Assembly: GCA_963702025.1 (NCBI GenBank)
Contig: OY969699.1
Coordinates: 96,001-160,000 of the forward strand
Reading direction: 5' to 3'
Length of the DNA: 64,000 nt
Origin: an uncultured bacterium
GTDB taxonomy: Bacteria; Babelota; Babeliae; Babelales; Vermiphilaceae
Under the pieces are notes generated by a model. That model did not search any database, had not been told where the DNA came from, and was given only the letters and a program-made list of their open reading frames with translations. Numbering within the stretch: the stretch's first letter is position 1; every line of letters starts with the position of its first letter. Positions 49,481-59,148 of this stretch are shown here, one piece after another. The translations under genes and the position numbers were made by a program.

Positions 49481-50932
49481 ATGAATATACAATGTAGGTT
49501 TTTAATAAAACCTTTTTCTCTTTCGCTGTTATTGATTGCATCAAGTTATGCCGATGAAATTGATCCAGTCGCGTTAAACCAATTTAGAAAATGCCAGACG
49601 AATAACTGTTCAAGAGTTGCACTAGACAGTGAACTCACATTTAGTCTTTCTCGACCTTCTTTCATATCCTATCCGTCTATTTCAGCAAATGGGGACCAAG
49701 TATTCATACAATATGCTAATAATGCTTTTTATACCCCTACATTACTACTTGCAGAATTATTTGATAATGTTGACGGACAATTAGTTTCCGCTCAAACACT
49801 CAACATCGACCCAAATTATCCCAATCCATGGATTGGGTATGCATCGCCAGATTTTACACGTTTCTCCGTCATTGATGGTAGTATCGGTACTGGATTGCTT
49901 CCGGCACGTATTCGTATTTTTGATTCAAACTTTAATCAAGTGGGCGAACGAATCTTCTCGGCTCTTCAATCATATCTTAGTGGCGTTACTTCCGGTGGAC
50001 TTGTTTGGGGTGGGGAATTTTCAGAAGATAATCATTATGTTGTAGTAACTTATAGTGTTGCCGTTTCCGGTCCAACAGTAACAAGTATGATAGTGGTGCT
50101 GGATGCTACTGATCCTTCACTTCCTATTGTAGCGCAAACCCAAATTACCGGATTTCAAAATGTTTATTCTCCGTTTCTGTTTACTCTGACTGATAACAAT
50201 GGCAACCAGAATCTATACATTCAATTTTGTCTCTGCAATGGAGTGCCTCAGCGAATTGAATATTTCTTCGATACCGCATATATACCGCCATTTGCTAGCC
50301 AAGTTTATCAAGTTAATCTGAATGCTGGCACAATTACTTTAGTTGCCCAACAGCCATTACCTAAATTTGCCGAAGCAGATATCCTCGTACGTCCTGGCGG
50401 CAAAGATGTGATCATTGCCCATGGTGGATGGTGCTGCTTATTCCCGAATCAAATAAGTATTTATGATACTATTCCCCCTCTCACCTCATTTTTACCTAAT
50501 GATAACAGCGAAGCACGCGTATTTCTGTTTGATGGAAGTAACTTAAACTTAGTGGTTAAGGAATCAGTAAATTGTTGTAATTGCACTTGCATTTATCCGC
50601 CAGGCAATGGCTGCTCATATTGTTTTGCACAAAATACAGTATTTGAACTAAATGGTAACCCAGCGGAGCGCTACACTCAGCCGGAATTTTGGCTCTTTGC
50701 AGATCTTCGTCAAGGTCCAAATGGCCTTGAGTTCCGAGGAATGAATTTGCCTAAGTCGGATATGTATACCGCCGTTCGGAGATTCAGCCAGGATGGCAAT
50801 TGGTTTCTTCGCGCGGGAGCACATGGATACATCAATCAGGACCCAACAATGCCATATGTTGATGCCAATGGTATTCGCAATATCTTGCTCTACCAAGTAT
50901 CCTCAGCAGCGTATACCCCAATTTGTAATTAG
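49481..50932 (+). CDS. Secreted beta-propeller-like protein, allele B
   Basis: Same signal peptide as allele A, diverged mature region. Confidence 0.75.
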   Translation: MNIQCRFLIKPFSLSLLLIASSYADEIDPVALNQFRKCQTNNCSRVALDSELTFSLSRPSFISYPSISANGDQVFIQYANNAFYTPTLLLAELFDNVDGQLVSAQTLNIDPNYPNPWIGYASPDFTRFSVIDGSIGTGLLPARIRIFDSNFNQVGERIFSALQSYLSGVTSGGLVWGGEFSEDNHYVVVTYSVAVSGPTVTSMIVVLDATDPSLPIVAQTQITGFQNVYSPFLFTLTDNNGNQNLYIQFCLCNGVPQRIEYFFDTAYIPPFASQVYQVNLNAGTITLVAQQPLPKFAEADILVRPGGKDVIIAHGGWCCLFPNQISIYDTIPPLTSFLPNDNSEARVFLFDGSNLNLVVKESVNCCNCTCIYPPGNGCSYCFAQNTVFELNGNPAERYTQPEFWLFADLRQGPNGLEFRGMNLPKSDMYTAVRRFSQDGNWFLRAGAHGYINQDPTMPYVDANGIRNILLYQVSSAAYTPICN

Positions 50933-50985
50933 TAATAATTGATACCTGGCGCCTGAAAAAGGCGCCAACCTAATCAGGAGATCAT

Positions 50986-51834
50986 ATGAAATCGTTAAAT
51001 CTACGTTATCTATTTTTGACACTTGCTCTTGCTTCATTCGGGTCAGCACAGGCAAATTATGATGATGATCGCAGTGCCGATTGTTGCAAAATGGATAATT
51101 GCTATGAATGTGGATGCAATCCACTCTATAGTTGCGCGTGGGATATTGCAGTGCAAGCGGGCGTTTGCCCAATCAGATGGACAGGTCGCGGCCACTGGAG
51201 TGTGCTTGAAAATGGTGCCGATGTTAATCTTTTCAGAACACCAAATTTTAGCCACTTGTATCGCCTTCCTTGGATAGTTGGCGGCCAAGTTGGCTACGCT
51301 TGGAGCGATAACGTTCGTCTTTATTTAGAATTTGATTATTTGCAAGCAAGCCGTAAAAACCGTAACAACGCTTTTAATGAATCTGCTTCATCAACAGTGC
51401 TTGATATTTGCGTTGGAAAATATAAAGCATTTGAATTTTATGTTGGTGGTCGATATTACTTTGATCGTTGGTGCGATCGTTATTCGTTCTTCTTAGGCGG
51501 TAAAATTGGGTTAATTAGTCATCGTAAAGTTCATTTTACGGGCACAATAACTTACAACTCATATATTTTGGCACCGTCATTAGTAGATACTGAAACACCC
51601 CTCTTTAGAAGCAAAACGCAGGTGAGCGGCGGCGTTAATGGTGGCATTGATATCTGCTTTGGTGGTAATTGGTCCTTTGTGATTACTGGTGAAGTAGTGG
51701 CCAATAGAGGGCCTCGTGGTCACTCAATTCCGTTAACGGGAAATCCTTTAGTTACTGCAACGAGCCTTTCAATCGGCAAAGCAGGCACGGAATTGCTTTT
51801 TCCAGTTACCGCCGGCATCAGATATAGCTTTTAA
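50986..51834 (+). CDS. Cys-rich outer-membrane beta-barrel protein, family A paralog 7
   Basis: Differs from paralog 6 at 4 N-terminal residues only. Confidence 0.82.
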   Translation: MKSLNLRYLFLTLALASFGSAQANYDDDRSADCCKMDNCYECGCNPLYSCAWDIAVQAGVCPIRWTGRGHWSVLENGADVNLFRTPNFSHLYRLPWIVGGQVGYAWSDNVRLYLEFDYLQASRKNRNNAFNESASSTVLDICVGKYKAFEFYVGGRYYFDRWCDRYSFFLGGKIGLISHRKVHFTGTITYNSYILAPSLVDTETPLFRSKTQVSGGVNGGIDICFGGNWSFVITGEVVANRGPRGHSIPLTGNPLVTATSLSIGKAGTELLFPVTAGIRYSF

Positions 51835-51856
51835 AAATATGCTGGTTTAAAGGTAA

Positions 51857-51907
51857 ATTAATCCGTTGATTGATACTCTTGTAGCATCTTACGGCAACCG
51901 CAATTGA
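51857..51907 (+). pseudogene. 3'-terminal remnant of a GMC oxidoreductase gene (copy 2)
   Basis: Same as 48079..48129. Confidence 0.85.
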
Positions 51908-51931
51908 ACGTAATTTCATTTTTATTATCCC

Positions 51932-51962
51932 AAAAAAGGCCTTGTTAACAACAAGGCCTTTT
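51932..51962 (+). terminator. Terminator
   Basis: Same hairpin as 48154. Confidence 0.8.
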
Positions 51963-52050
51963 GATTTATAAAAGTGCAGAACTTTTCTTTACTTTTTTTC
52001 CAAATAATCCTAGTATCCCTTCATTCAGGAGTAAAGAAAAAGGGTGTGAT

Positions 52051-53193
52051 ATGGATCATGCATATTACATGAAAAAAGTTTTTGAGCTTGCCAAACAAGG
52101 AATCGGGTTAGTGAGCCCTAATCCACTTGTTGGTTCGCTGATCGTTAAAGATAGCCAAATAATTGGTGCAGGATTTCATGAGCGATATGGTCAATTTCAT
52201 GCAGAGTTGAATGCAATTGTATCTGCAAAGCAACCACTAAAAGGTGCAACCCTTTATTGCAATCTTGAGCCCTGTTGCCATACTAATAAGCAAACGCCAC
52301 CGTGCGCGCAACGTATAATTAAAGAAGGCATTTCACGAGTGGTGATTGCCAATAGAGATCCCAATCCAGAAGTAAATGGCGGAGGCATCGCCCTGCTCAA
52401 ACAAATGGGCATAGAAGTGATCGAGAATATTTGCCAGGAGGAAGGGGAATTGCTCAATGAAGTTTTTTTTACTTTTCACCGCAAAAAAAGACCATTTATT
52501 CATCTTAAATATGCACAGACTCTAGATGGTAATATTGCCTGCTCAAGTGGTGATTCAAAGTGGATCACTCATGAAAATGCGCGCAAAAAAGCACATGAGA
52601 TGCGATTAAAATATGATGCAATTTTGATCGGTGCGGGAACTTTAGTTGCCGATAATCCTGCGCTTACTATCCGCTTTATTGAATCAGAAAAAAAATGCCC
52701 GCGGCGCATAGTGCTGGGATCACTGGGATTTATTGAACCACATAATCTCGCAGTCACTGATGAATATCGGCACAAAACAATTTTAGTGACCAGTGACTCT
52801 GATTATTGGTATCATGAAAAAAAAGCTGAAAAATTCCAAAAAGATGGCATTACCATTGTGCGCGTTGATGTTGATAATGGACTTCTTAATTTGTCTCAAG
52901 TTTGCCAAAAAATGGCAGAATTAAAAATCACATCAATACTGGTTGAAGGCGGCAGCAAGATTCTTACCTCTTTTATACTAGAAAAATTATTTGATCGTAT
53001 TTCCATTTTTATTGCGCCCAAAATAATTGGCTCGGGTATAAATGCCATTGATGAGCTTGGCATTCAAAAAATGGCTGATGCATTTACTTTTGAGAAAACA
53101 AGTTTTGAAATTATTGATGATGTAATTCATTTTTCAGGAAAGCCTGCTTACGACCGGCTCGGGATGAGAAACAATGTTCACCGGATTAATTAG
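52051..53193 (+). CDS. ribD: Riboflavin biosynthesis deaminase/reductase
   Basis: SPNPLVG, HAE, LEPCCH..QTPPC, AQTLDG, LVEGG. Confidence 0.96.
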   Translation: MDHAYYMKKVFELAKQGIGLVSPNPLVGSLIVKDSQIIGAGFHERYGQFHAELNAIVSAKQPLKGATLYCNLEPCCHTNKQTPPCAQRIIKEGISRVVIANRDPNPEVNGGGIALLKQMGIEVIENICQEEGELLNEVFFTFHRKKRPFIHLKYAQTLDGNIACSSGDSKWITHENARKKAHEMRLKYDAILIGAGTLVADNPALTIRFIESEKKCPRRIVLGSLGFIEPHNLAVTDEYRHKTILVTSDSDYWYHEKKAEKFQKDGITIVRVDVDNGLLNLSQVCQKMAELKITSILVEGGSKILTSFILEKLFDRISIFIAPKIIGSGINAIDELGIQKMADAFTFEKTSFEIIDDVIHFSGKPAYDRLGMRNNVHRIN

Positions 53194-53815
53194 CGAGATT
53201 GGAACCATAACCACTATTTATGCCAATCAGGAAGGCAAAGTTTTCACCATTCATGCGAAAAAAACGGCTCGCGAGCTTGCTTTGGGTGATTCAGTCGCAA
53301 TCAACGGCACGTGCTTAACTGCAATTGATATCAAAGAAGATCAGTTCACATTGCAAGCGGTGCATGTCACCCTGCAAAAAACTAATCTAGGAGCATTAAA
53401 TATCGGATCACCGGTAAATTTGGAATTGGCACTGAAAGCATCCGATAGATTAGGCGGCCATTTTGTGCAAGGGCATGTGAATGGCATAGGCTCAATTAAT
53501 CACATTACCGCTTCCGGTAATAATTATGAGATATTAATTACTATTCCGGAACATTTACAAAAATATATGGTAAATGAAGGCTCTATCACACTAGACGGCA
53601 TTAGTCTAACTATTGCCAACGTAACTGAGCTGGGGATCATGGTATCAATTATTCCGCATACCTGGCAAGCAACAACACTTAACACAAAAAAAATTGGCGA
53701 CCCGTTAAACATCGAAGTTGATATTATTGCAAAATATGTGGAGCAATTTATCCGAAAGGGGGAAGTAAAAAATTCTGTGATTAATCGTGATTGGTTGCAG
53801 ATGCATGGATTTTGA
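53174..53815 (+). CDS. ribE: Riboflavin synthase
   Basis: MFTGLI, GDSVAINGTCLT, VNLE, GGHFVQGHV, IIPHT. Confidence 0.97.
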   Translation: MFTGLISEIGTITTIYANQEGKVFTIHAKKTARELALGDSVAINGTCLTAIDIKEDQFTLQAVHVTLQKTNLGALNIGSPVNLELALKASDRLGGHFVQGHVNGIGSINHITASGNNYEILITIPEHLQKYMVNEGSITLDGISLTIANVTELGIMVSIIPHTWQATTLNTKKIGDPLNIEVDIIAKYVEQFIRKGEVKNSVINRDWLQMHGF

Positions 53816-53838
53816 ATGCTTCGGCTCAGCATGAACGG
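53816..53838. repeat. Degenerate REP-like half element inside the rib operon
   Basis: CTTCG(---)GCTCAGCATGAACGG resembles CTTCGACAAGCTCAGGATGAGCGG. Confidence 0.5.
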
Positions 53839-53895
53839 ACCTTCTTTTAGTTCGTTTCAAGTAAGCGCGAAGTGAGAATCGAGAAAGGAAAAGAG

Positions 53896-55098
53896 ATGAT
53901 GAAGCTAAATACCATTGAAGAAGCACTGGCCGATCTTGCGCGAGGCAAAATGGTCATCGTGGTTGATGATGAAAAAAGAGAAAATGAAGGGGATATTGTT
54001 ATTGGCGCGCAGTCGGTGACTCCGGAAATAATTAATACCATGATAAAAATGAGCAGCGGATTAATTTGTGTGCCACTTGCGCAAGAAATTGCTCAAAAAA
54101 TTGGATTAGAGCTCATGGTGCACCATAATACTGCTCATTTTGGGGTAAATTTCTCTATTTCCATCGATGCGGCTCAAGGAATCACTACCGGAGCATCTGC
54201 AGCAGATAAAGTAGTTACTATTAAAGCAATGACACATCCGGATGTATCTGCCAAAGATTTTGTGCGGCCCGGCCATATTTTCCCCCTCATTGCAAAAAAA
54301 GGCGGCGTGCTCAAACGTGCAGGGCACACCGAGGCTGCAGTAGATTTAGCACGCTTGGCGGGACTCATGCCGATTGCAGTAATTTCAGAAATTACCAATG
54401 AGGATGGGAGCATGGCGCGATTGCCACAACTTTTTCAAATCGCTCAAAAAATGGATCTAAAAGTTGTAAGTATTGAAGATCTTATTAACTATCGCCATCG
54501 CAAAGAACAAATAATTTACGAAACCACCCAAGTTTCTTTACCAACCAATCAGGGAAATTTTACCCTTCATATGTTTGAGAATACCATTGATGAACCGGTC
54601 TGCTTCGCATTAACAAAAGGAACGCTCACCACCGGTCCGGTGCTTACTCGAATTCATTCAGAATGTTTTACCGGCGATGTTTTTGGATCTCTTCGCTGCG
54701 ATTGTGGCAATCAACTTGAAATGGCAATGGGATTATTAGAACAAGAAAAATCGGGAGTTCTCATTTATTTAAAACAAGAGGGCAGAGGGATTGGTTTATT
54801 AAATAAGATTAAAGCGTATAAAATTCAGGAACAAGGCTTTGATACGGTTGAAGCAAATCATCAATTAGGATTTACCAATGATTTGCGCAATTATGCGATG
54901 GCTTCACACGTTTTGCGTTATTTGCAAATTAAAAGTGTAAAACTGCTCACTAATAATCCGCATAAAATGAGCAATTTAGAATCATATGGTATTCACGTTA
55001 CAGATCGAGTGCCTCTTGAAGGTGCAGTGCAAAAAAATAATTATGACTATTTAAAAGCAAAAAAACAGAAAATGGGCCATATTTTAACTAATGTTTAG
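53896..55098 (+). CDS. ribBA: Bifunctional DHBP synthase / GTP cyclohydrolase II
   Basis: [52 protein letters not shown]. Confidence 0.97.
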   Translation: MMKLNTIEEALADLARGKMVIVVDDEKRENEGDIVIGAQSVTPEIINTMIKMSSGLICVPLAQEIAQKIGLELMVHHNTAHFGVNFSISIDAAQGITTGASAADKVVTIKAMTHPDVSAKDFVRPGHIFPLIAKKGGVLKRAGHTEAAVDLARLAGLMPIAVISEITNEDGSMARLPQLFQIAQKMDLKVVSIEDLINYRHRKEQIIYETTQVSLPTNQGNFTLHMFENTIDEPVCFALTKGTLTTGPVLTRIHSECFTGDVFGSLRCDCGNQLEMAMGLLEQEKSGVLIYLKQEGRGIGLLNKIKAYKIQEQGFDTVEANHQLGFTNDLRNYAMASHVLRYLQIKSVKLLTNNPHKMSNLESYGIHVTDRVPLEGAVQKNNYDYLKAKKQKMGHILTNV

Positions 55099-55106
55099 GA
55101 AAAATT

Positions 55107-55634
55107 ATGTCACACGTAATTAGTGCACAATTAGTTGCGCATAAAAAAAAAGTAGCTATTGTTGTAAGCCGTTTTAATGATTTTGTAACAGTAAAACTTT
55201 TGGATGGGGCAAAAGACGGTTTATTGCGCCATGGCATAACAGAGCAAGAGATCACTATCGCTTGGGTGCCCGGTGCATTTGAACTCCCTTTGATTGCCCA
55301 GAAACTTGCTGAAACAAAACAGTTTGATTCAGTAATTTGTTTAGGCGCGGTAATTCGCGGAAGCACGCCACATTTTGATTATGTTGCTGGGGAAGCGGCC
55401 AAAGGTATTGCCAATGTTGGTTTAAAATATGGAATACCGGTTATTTTTGGCGTAATTACTACCAATACCGTTGAACAAGCAATAGAGCGTGCCGGAATTC
55501 GCGTTGGCAATAAAGGATGGGAAGCCGCTATTGCTGCTATTGAAATGATGAATGTGGTTGAAGAAATTGAACAAGTTTCTTTACTGTCGGAACCATTTGC
55601 AACTAATCAGCGAACTGTTCAAAAACAATTGTAA
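55107..55634 (+). CDS. ribH: 6,7-dimethyl-8-ribityllumazine synthase
   Basis: [33 protein letters not shown]. Confidence 0.97.
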   Translation: MSHVISAQLVAHKKKVAIVVSRFNDFVTVKLLDGAKDGLLRHGITEQEITIAWVPGAFELPLIAQKLAETKQFDSVICLGAVIRGSTPHFDYVAGEAAKGIANVGLKYGIPVIFGVITTNTVEQAIERAGIRVGNKGWEAAIAAIEMMNVVEEIEQVSLLSEPFATNQRTVQKQL

Positions 55635-55644
55635 GAACAAACTC

Positions 55645-56304
55645 ATGTACTCAGCACTTATTTTTGATCTTGATGGCACAATCATTAATACAGAAAATAT
55701 GTGGGCAGACGCCACCAAACAAATGCTAACTATGCGGGGAATTAATTATACAAACGAGCTGCGGCATAACATTCACAATAAAGTGCATGGGTTGCCCCCA
55801 ATAACAGCATGCGCTCTGCTAAAAGAGATGTTGGCCTTACCCGAATCTCCCGAAGAGCTTGCCAAAGAAAAAGCAGAGCAGGCGTATAAGTTGTTTGTAG
55901 GGAATATTCATTTAATTTCCGGTTTTACCGAATGTTATAAACAAGCTCAACAGCTGCAGTTTAAAATGGCCATAGCAACTAATTGCCATTTACGCTTTGT
56001 GGAACTTGCCGATAGTCAAGTTCAATTACGCTCATATTTTAATGAACATATTTACTGTCCTGATCATGTTAATGATATTTCAAAACCGGATCCAACACTC
56101 TATCTGCATGCAGCGCAACAGTTAGAGGTAAATCCCGCACAGTGCATTGCTATCGAAGATTCAGCGGCAGGTATACAAGCAGCGAAAAAAGCCGGCATGT
56201 ATTGCATCGGCATTAATACCGCACAGAATCGTATGAATCTTGCGGATGCCGATGAAATTGTTGAAAATTATGCGGAGATACATTTACAGAAGTTTTTAAT
56301 TTGA
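55645..56304 (+). CDS. HAD family phosphatase (IA type)
   Basis: FDLDGT, ATN, KPDP, IEDS..G. Confidence 0.9.
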   Translation: MYSALIFDLDGTIINTENMWADATKQMLTMRGINYTNELRHNIHNKVHGLPPITACALLKEMLALPESPEELAKEKAEQAYKLFVGNIHLISGFTECYKQAQQLQFKMAIATNCHLRFVELADSQVQLRSYFNEHIYCPDHVNDISKPDPTLYLHAAQQLEVNPAQCIAIEDSAAGIQAAKKAGMYCIGINTAQNRMNLADADEIVENYAEIHLQKFLI

Positions 56305-56424
56305 AGACAGCTTCTAATACTTCCAGAAATAAAAAAAATTTATTGTATGCTAATCATATTGTTGATTCTTACGAGCAAATAAGTATGCAAAACCACTCTG
56401 AAATTAATTTTTTCGATTTATGGA

Positions 56425-56450
56425 TTGACATTATGAGAAAATCATAGTTA
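56425..56450 (+). promoter_or_regulatory. Promoter interrupted by IS630 (pre-insertion TTGACA-N18-TAGGTT)
   Basis: Perfect -35 at 56425; target TA at 56449-50 joined to GGTT at 57410-13 rebuilds the -10. Confidence 0.6.
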
Positions 56451-57407
56451 TAGCAAACTTCTTTAAATAACAAACAGATATGCTAAGATTTCTTCAAACT
56501 TAAGGAGAAAGTATGGCACTTGGCATAGATTTAAGAAAACGAGTAATAGCTGCAGTAGATGATGGAATGCGTATAACTGATGTGGCTAAATTATTCAAAG
56601 TTGGGCGAAACGCAATTTATAACTGGCTTAAGTTGCGCCAAGAAGTGAATAGCCTTGCGCCAAAATCCGGCTATCAGAATGGACACAGTCATAAAATTAC
56701 TGATTGGGAAAAATTTAAAGAATTTGCAAAAGAAAACCAACATTTTACTTCATTAAAAATGGCGATTGAGTGGGAAAAAATTACAAATGTTTGCATATCG
56801 GATATCACGATACAACGAGCACTTAAAAAAATTGGTTACACATCAAAAAAAAACTTTTGGTTACATCGAAGCGAATGCAGATAAACGCAAACAATTTTTA
56901 GAAGAAATAGAAAATATCGATCCTGCGCTCATTGTCTATTCTGATGAAACGGGAATCGACGATAATGAAGTGCCAAATGCTGGCTGGGCGCCAGAGGGCG
57001 AGCGATGCCACGCAATAAAAAAAGCTGAGAGAATAACGCGCTATAATATCACCGCTGCGCTGAATTTAAATTTATTATTTGCGCCATTTTTATTTGAAGG
57101 ATATTCAACTGCTGATACTTATGAAACTTACGTGGAACAAGTTTTAGCTCCTGCATTAAAGCCTGGAATGGTTGTTGTAATCGATAATGCCAGCTTCCAC
57201 AAATCTAAAAAAGTAGTTGAACTCATTGAAGCAGTTGGTTGTAGAATCATTTTTTTACCACCATATTCTCCAGATTTTAACCCAATAGAACATCGATGGG
57301 CTACTGTCAAAAATGCGATTCGAAAGGCCGCAGAGGGAATAAAAGATTTTTATGAGGCCGCAGTCAAAACATTGGGAGAAATGTGTGAGGCCTAGTGAAG
57401 CTCGCTA
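56451..57407 (+). mobile_element. IS630 family insertion sequence (957 bp)
   Basis: TA duplication; imperfect terminal IRs TAGCAAACTTC / GAAGCTCGCTA; two-ORF transposase. Confidence 0.92.
56513..57395 (+). CDS. IS630 transposase, two ORFs joined by a frameshift at A9 (56845-56853)
   Basis: HTH ORF (DLRKRV) + DDE ORF (SDETG, IDNASFH, LPPYSPDFNPIE). Confidence 0.92.
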
Positions 57408-57603
57408 TAGGTTAATTTTATAAATTTAATAAAGGAGTTGCAACGTGAAAAAAATAATGATATCACTCACTCACTAGTGGTATCCTTTCTGATTGTTTTT
57501 CTTTCTTTGTGTTCACATCTGCATTCAAAAATAATGATTTTATAAATCCAACAAACAACTAATAACTATTTAAATAACAATAACCCTTTTTTAAAGGAGA
57601 GGT

Positions 57604-59130
57604 ATGCTAAAAATACCAATACCAAAAAAAATATGCCTTAGCTTGGCGCTTTTGCTTTCAAGCGCTTTAGCTCTGGCCGATTATTGTCCGGATTACGAGT
57701 GCTGCGCACCAGACGAAATTCAATGCCCGAGCAACATTGTTCACCCCAAAACATTTTTCAGTCCACGCCAAATCACCTTTGATGCAACATACGAGCTTGC
57801 GCTTACCAACTATGATGTTTACCATCCCTTAGATTGTGGTGAATGCGGTTATGGATTGCATCTTTATGCAACGCCTTTTTATGAGCAATCAAAAAAATCA
57901 TGTCGCCTTGCTCGTTATTTCTTGCCGGATGGCAAATGCGCAATTAACGTGAAACAAGATGGCACCGGTGACGTTGATCCATTATGGCTCGGTTTGGTGG
58001 GAGTTCCGGGAAGTCCGTACAGTTCAATTTTTGGTCTAAAGCCACAACGCAAAGCATACGGCGCTGTTTTTAATGCACGTATTGATTTAGGCGCTTGGTC
58101 GGATTGCCTGTGCAATTATTGGATTTGGATCAATACTGCAGTTGTGCAGGCCAAACACAATATGCATGTGTGTGAAGTTCCGGCAACCCAAGATACGTGT
58201 GTTGCTGGTGCTGACATGTGTACGGCACTTAATAACCCTTCCTGGACCGCAGGAAAAATTGCTTGTGAATCAAGAAAAAGAACGGGCCTTGACGATATAC
58301 AAATAAAACTTGGTTACGATTGGTATTATTGCGGATGCGATCAAGATAGCCACATTGCTCCCTACCTTATTGGCGGAATTCCGACCGGAAAACGACCAAA
58401 ATCAGAATATTTATTTGAACCGTTAGTTGGCAGCAAGCATGGTAGCTTTGGCGCCGGTCTGAATGCTGACGCAAACATTTGGGCATGCAATGATGCATCA
58501 ATTGTTTGGATGATGGATTTTAAATATCGGTATATTTTCAAAGCCCGTGAACGGCGCTCATTTGATCTATGCGCCAATGGAGATTGGTCACGGTATTTAT
58601 TGCTGGCAAGTAGCACCGATCCAATAACACCGATTCCGGCGATTAATATTCTCACTACTGAGGTGCATGTTACGCCACGCAGCGAAGTAAACTTCTGGAC
58701 CGCGTTACATTACGCATACTGCAATTATGGCTTTGAATTTGGCTACAATCTCTGGTACCGTCAACGTGAAAAAGTACGATTAGATGTCCCTCCTGCAATT
58801 GCCAATCTGGGAATTTATGATCTTGCCGGTGCAGCAGTACTTAATCCCGTTTCAGCAAGCACGGCAAATATTTCCCAATCAATCGGTGGCAGCAATCCGG
58901 TGGTCAGCGATCCAACGTTTGTAACACTTACTCTGGCAAATCTCAATCTGGAATCCGCGGAACATCCCCGCGCGGTAACGCACAAAGTTTATGCGGGCGG
59001 AGATTATCGCTGCTGCTGGTGCCAAAACGAAGTATTGCTCGGCCTGGTTGGATCCTATGAATTTACCGGCACTAAGCGCACTGCGCTGCAACAATGGGCA
59101 ATCTTTGGAAAATTGGGCATTTCTTTTTAA
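57604..59130 (+). CDS. Large Cys-rich exported protein, probable outer-membrane beta-barrel (family B)
   Basis: AAGGAG SD; signal peptide; many Cys; amphipathic strands; C-terminal WAIFGKLGISF. Confidence 0.75.
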   Translation: MLKIPIPKKICLSLALLLSSALALADYCPDYECCAPDEIQCPSNIVHPKTFFSPRQITFDATYELALTNYDVYHPLDCGECGYGLHLYATPFYEQSKKSCRLARYFLPDGKCAINVKQDGTGDVDPLWLGLVGVPGSPYSSIFGLKPQRKAYGAVFNARIDLGAWSDCLCNYWIWINTAVVQAKHNMHVCEVPATQDTCVAGADMCTALNNPSWTAGKIACESRKRTGLDDIQIKLGYDWYYCGCDQDSHIAPYLIGGIPTGKRPKSEYLFEPLVGSKHGSFGAGLNADANIWACNDASIVWMMDFKYRYIFKARERRSFDLCANGDWSRYLLLASSTDPITPIPAINILTTEVHVTPRSEVNFWTALHYAYCNYGFEFGYNLWYRQREKVRLDVPPAIANLGIYDLAGAAVLNPVSASTANISQSIGGSNPVVSDPTFVTLTLANLNLESAEHPRAVTHKVYAGGDYRCCWCQNEVLLGLVGSYEFTGTKRTALQQWAIFGKLGISF

Positions 59131-59148
59131 CCTGAAAAGGACTGAGAT

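Larger units (their letters stand above)
48924..52701 (+). repeat. Tandem duplication unit 2 (3778 bp)
   Basis: Matches 45133..48923; 13-bp length difference = 6 (CA tract) + 3 (one codon) + 4 (intergenic). Confidence 0.95.

Noticed and set aside
45696..50932. Diversity-generating retroelement as the cause of propeller allele divergence
   Set aside because: Differences affect all four bases, include synonymous sites and indels over 1.5 kb, and there is no reverse transcriptase in the window
51963..52050. FMN riboswitch upstream of ribD
   Set aside because: The leader is under 90 nt and lacks the RFN consensus (AGGGCGGGG..AATTCCCGACCGGCGGT)
56845..56853. IS630 transposase as a pseudogene
   Set aside because: A split at an A-run is the usual programmed frameshift/slippage arrangement in IS630; the DDE motif and ends are intact
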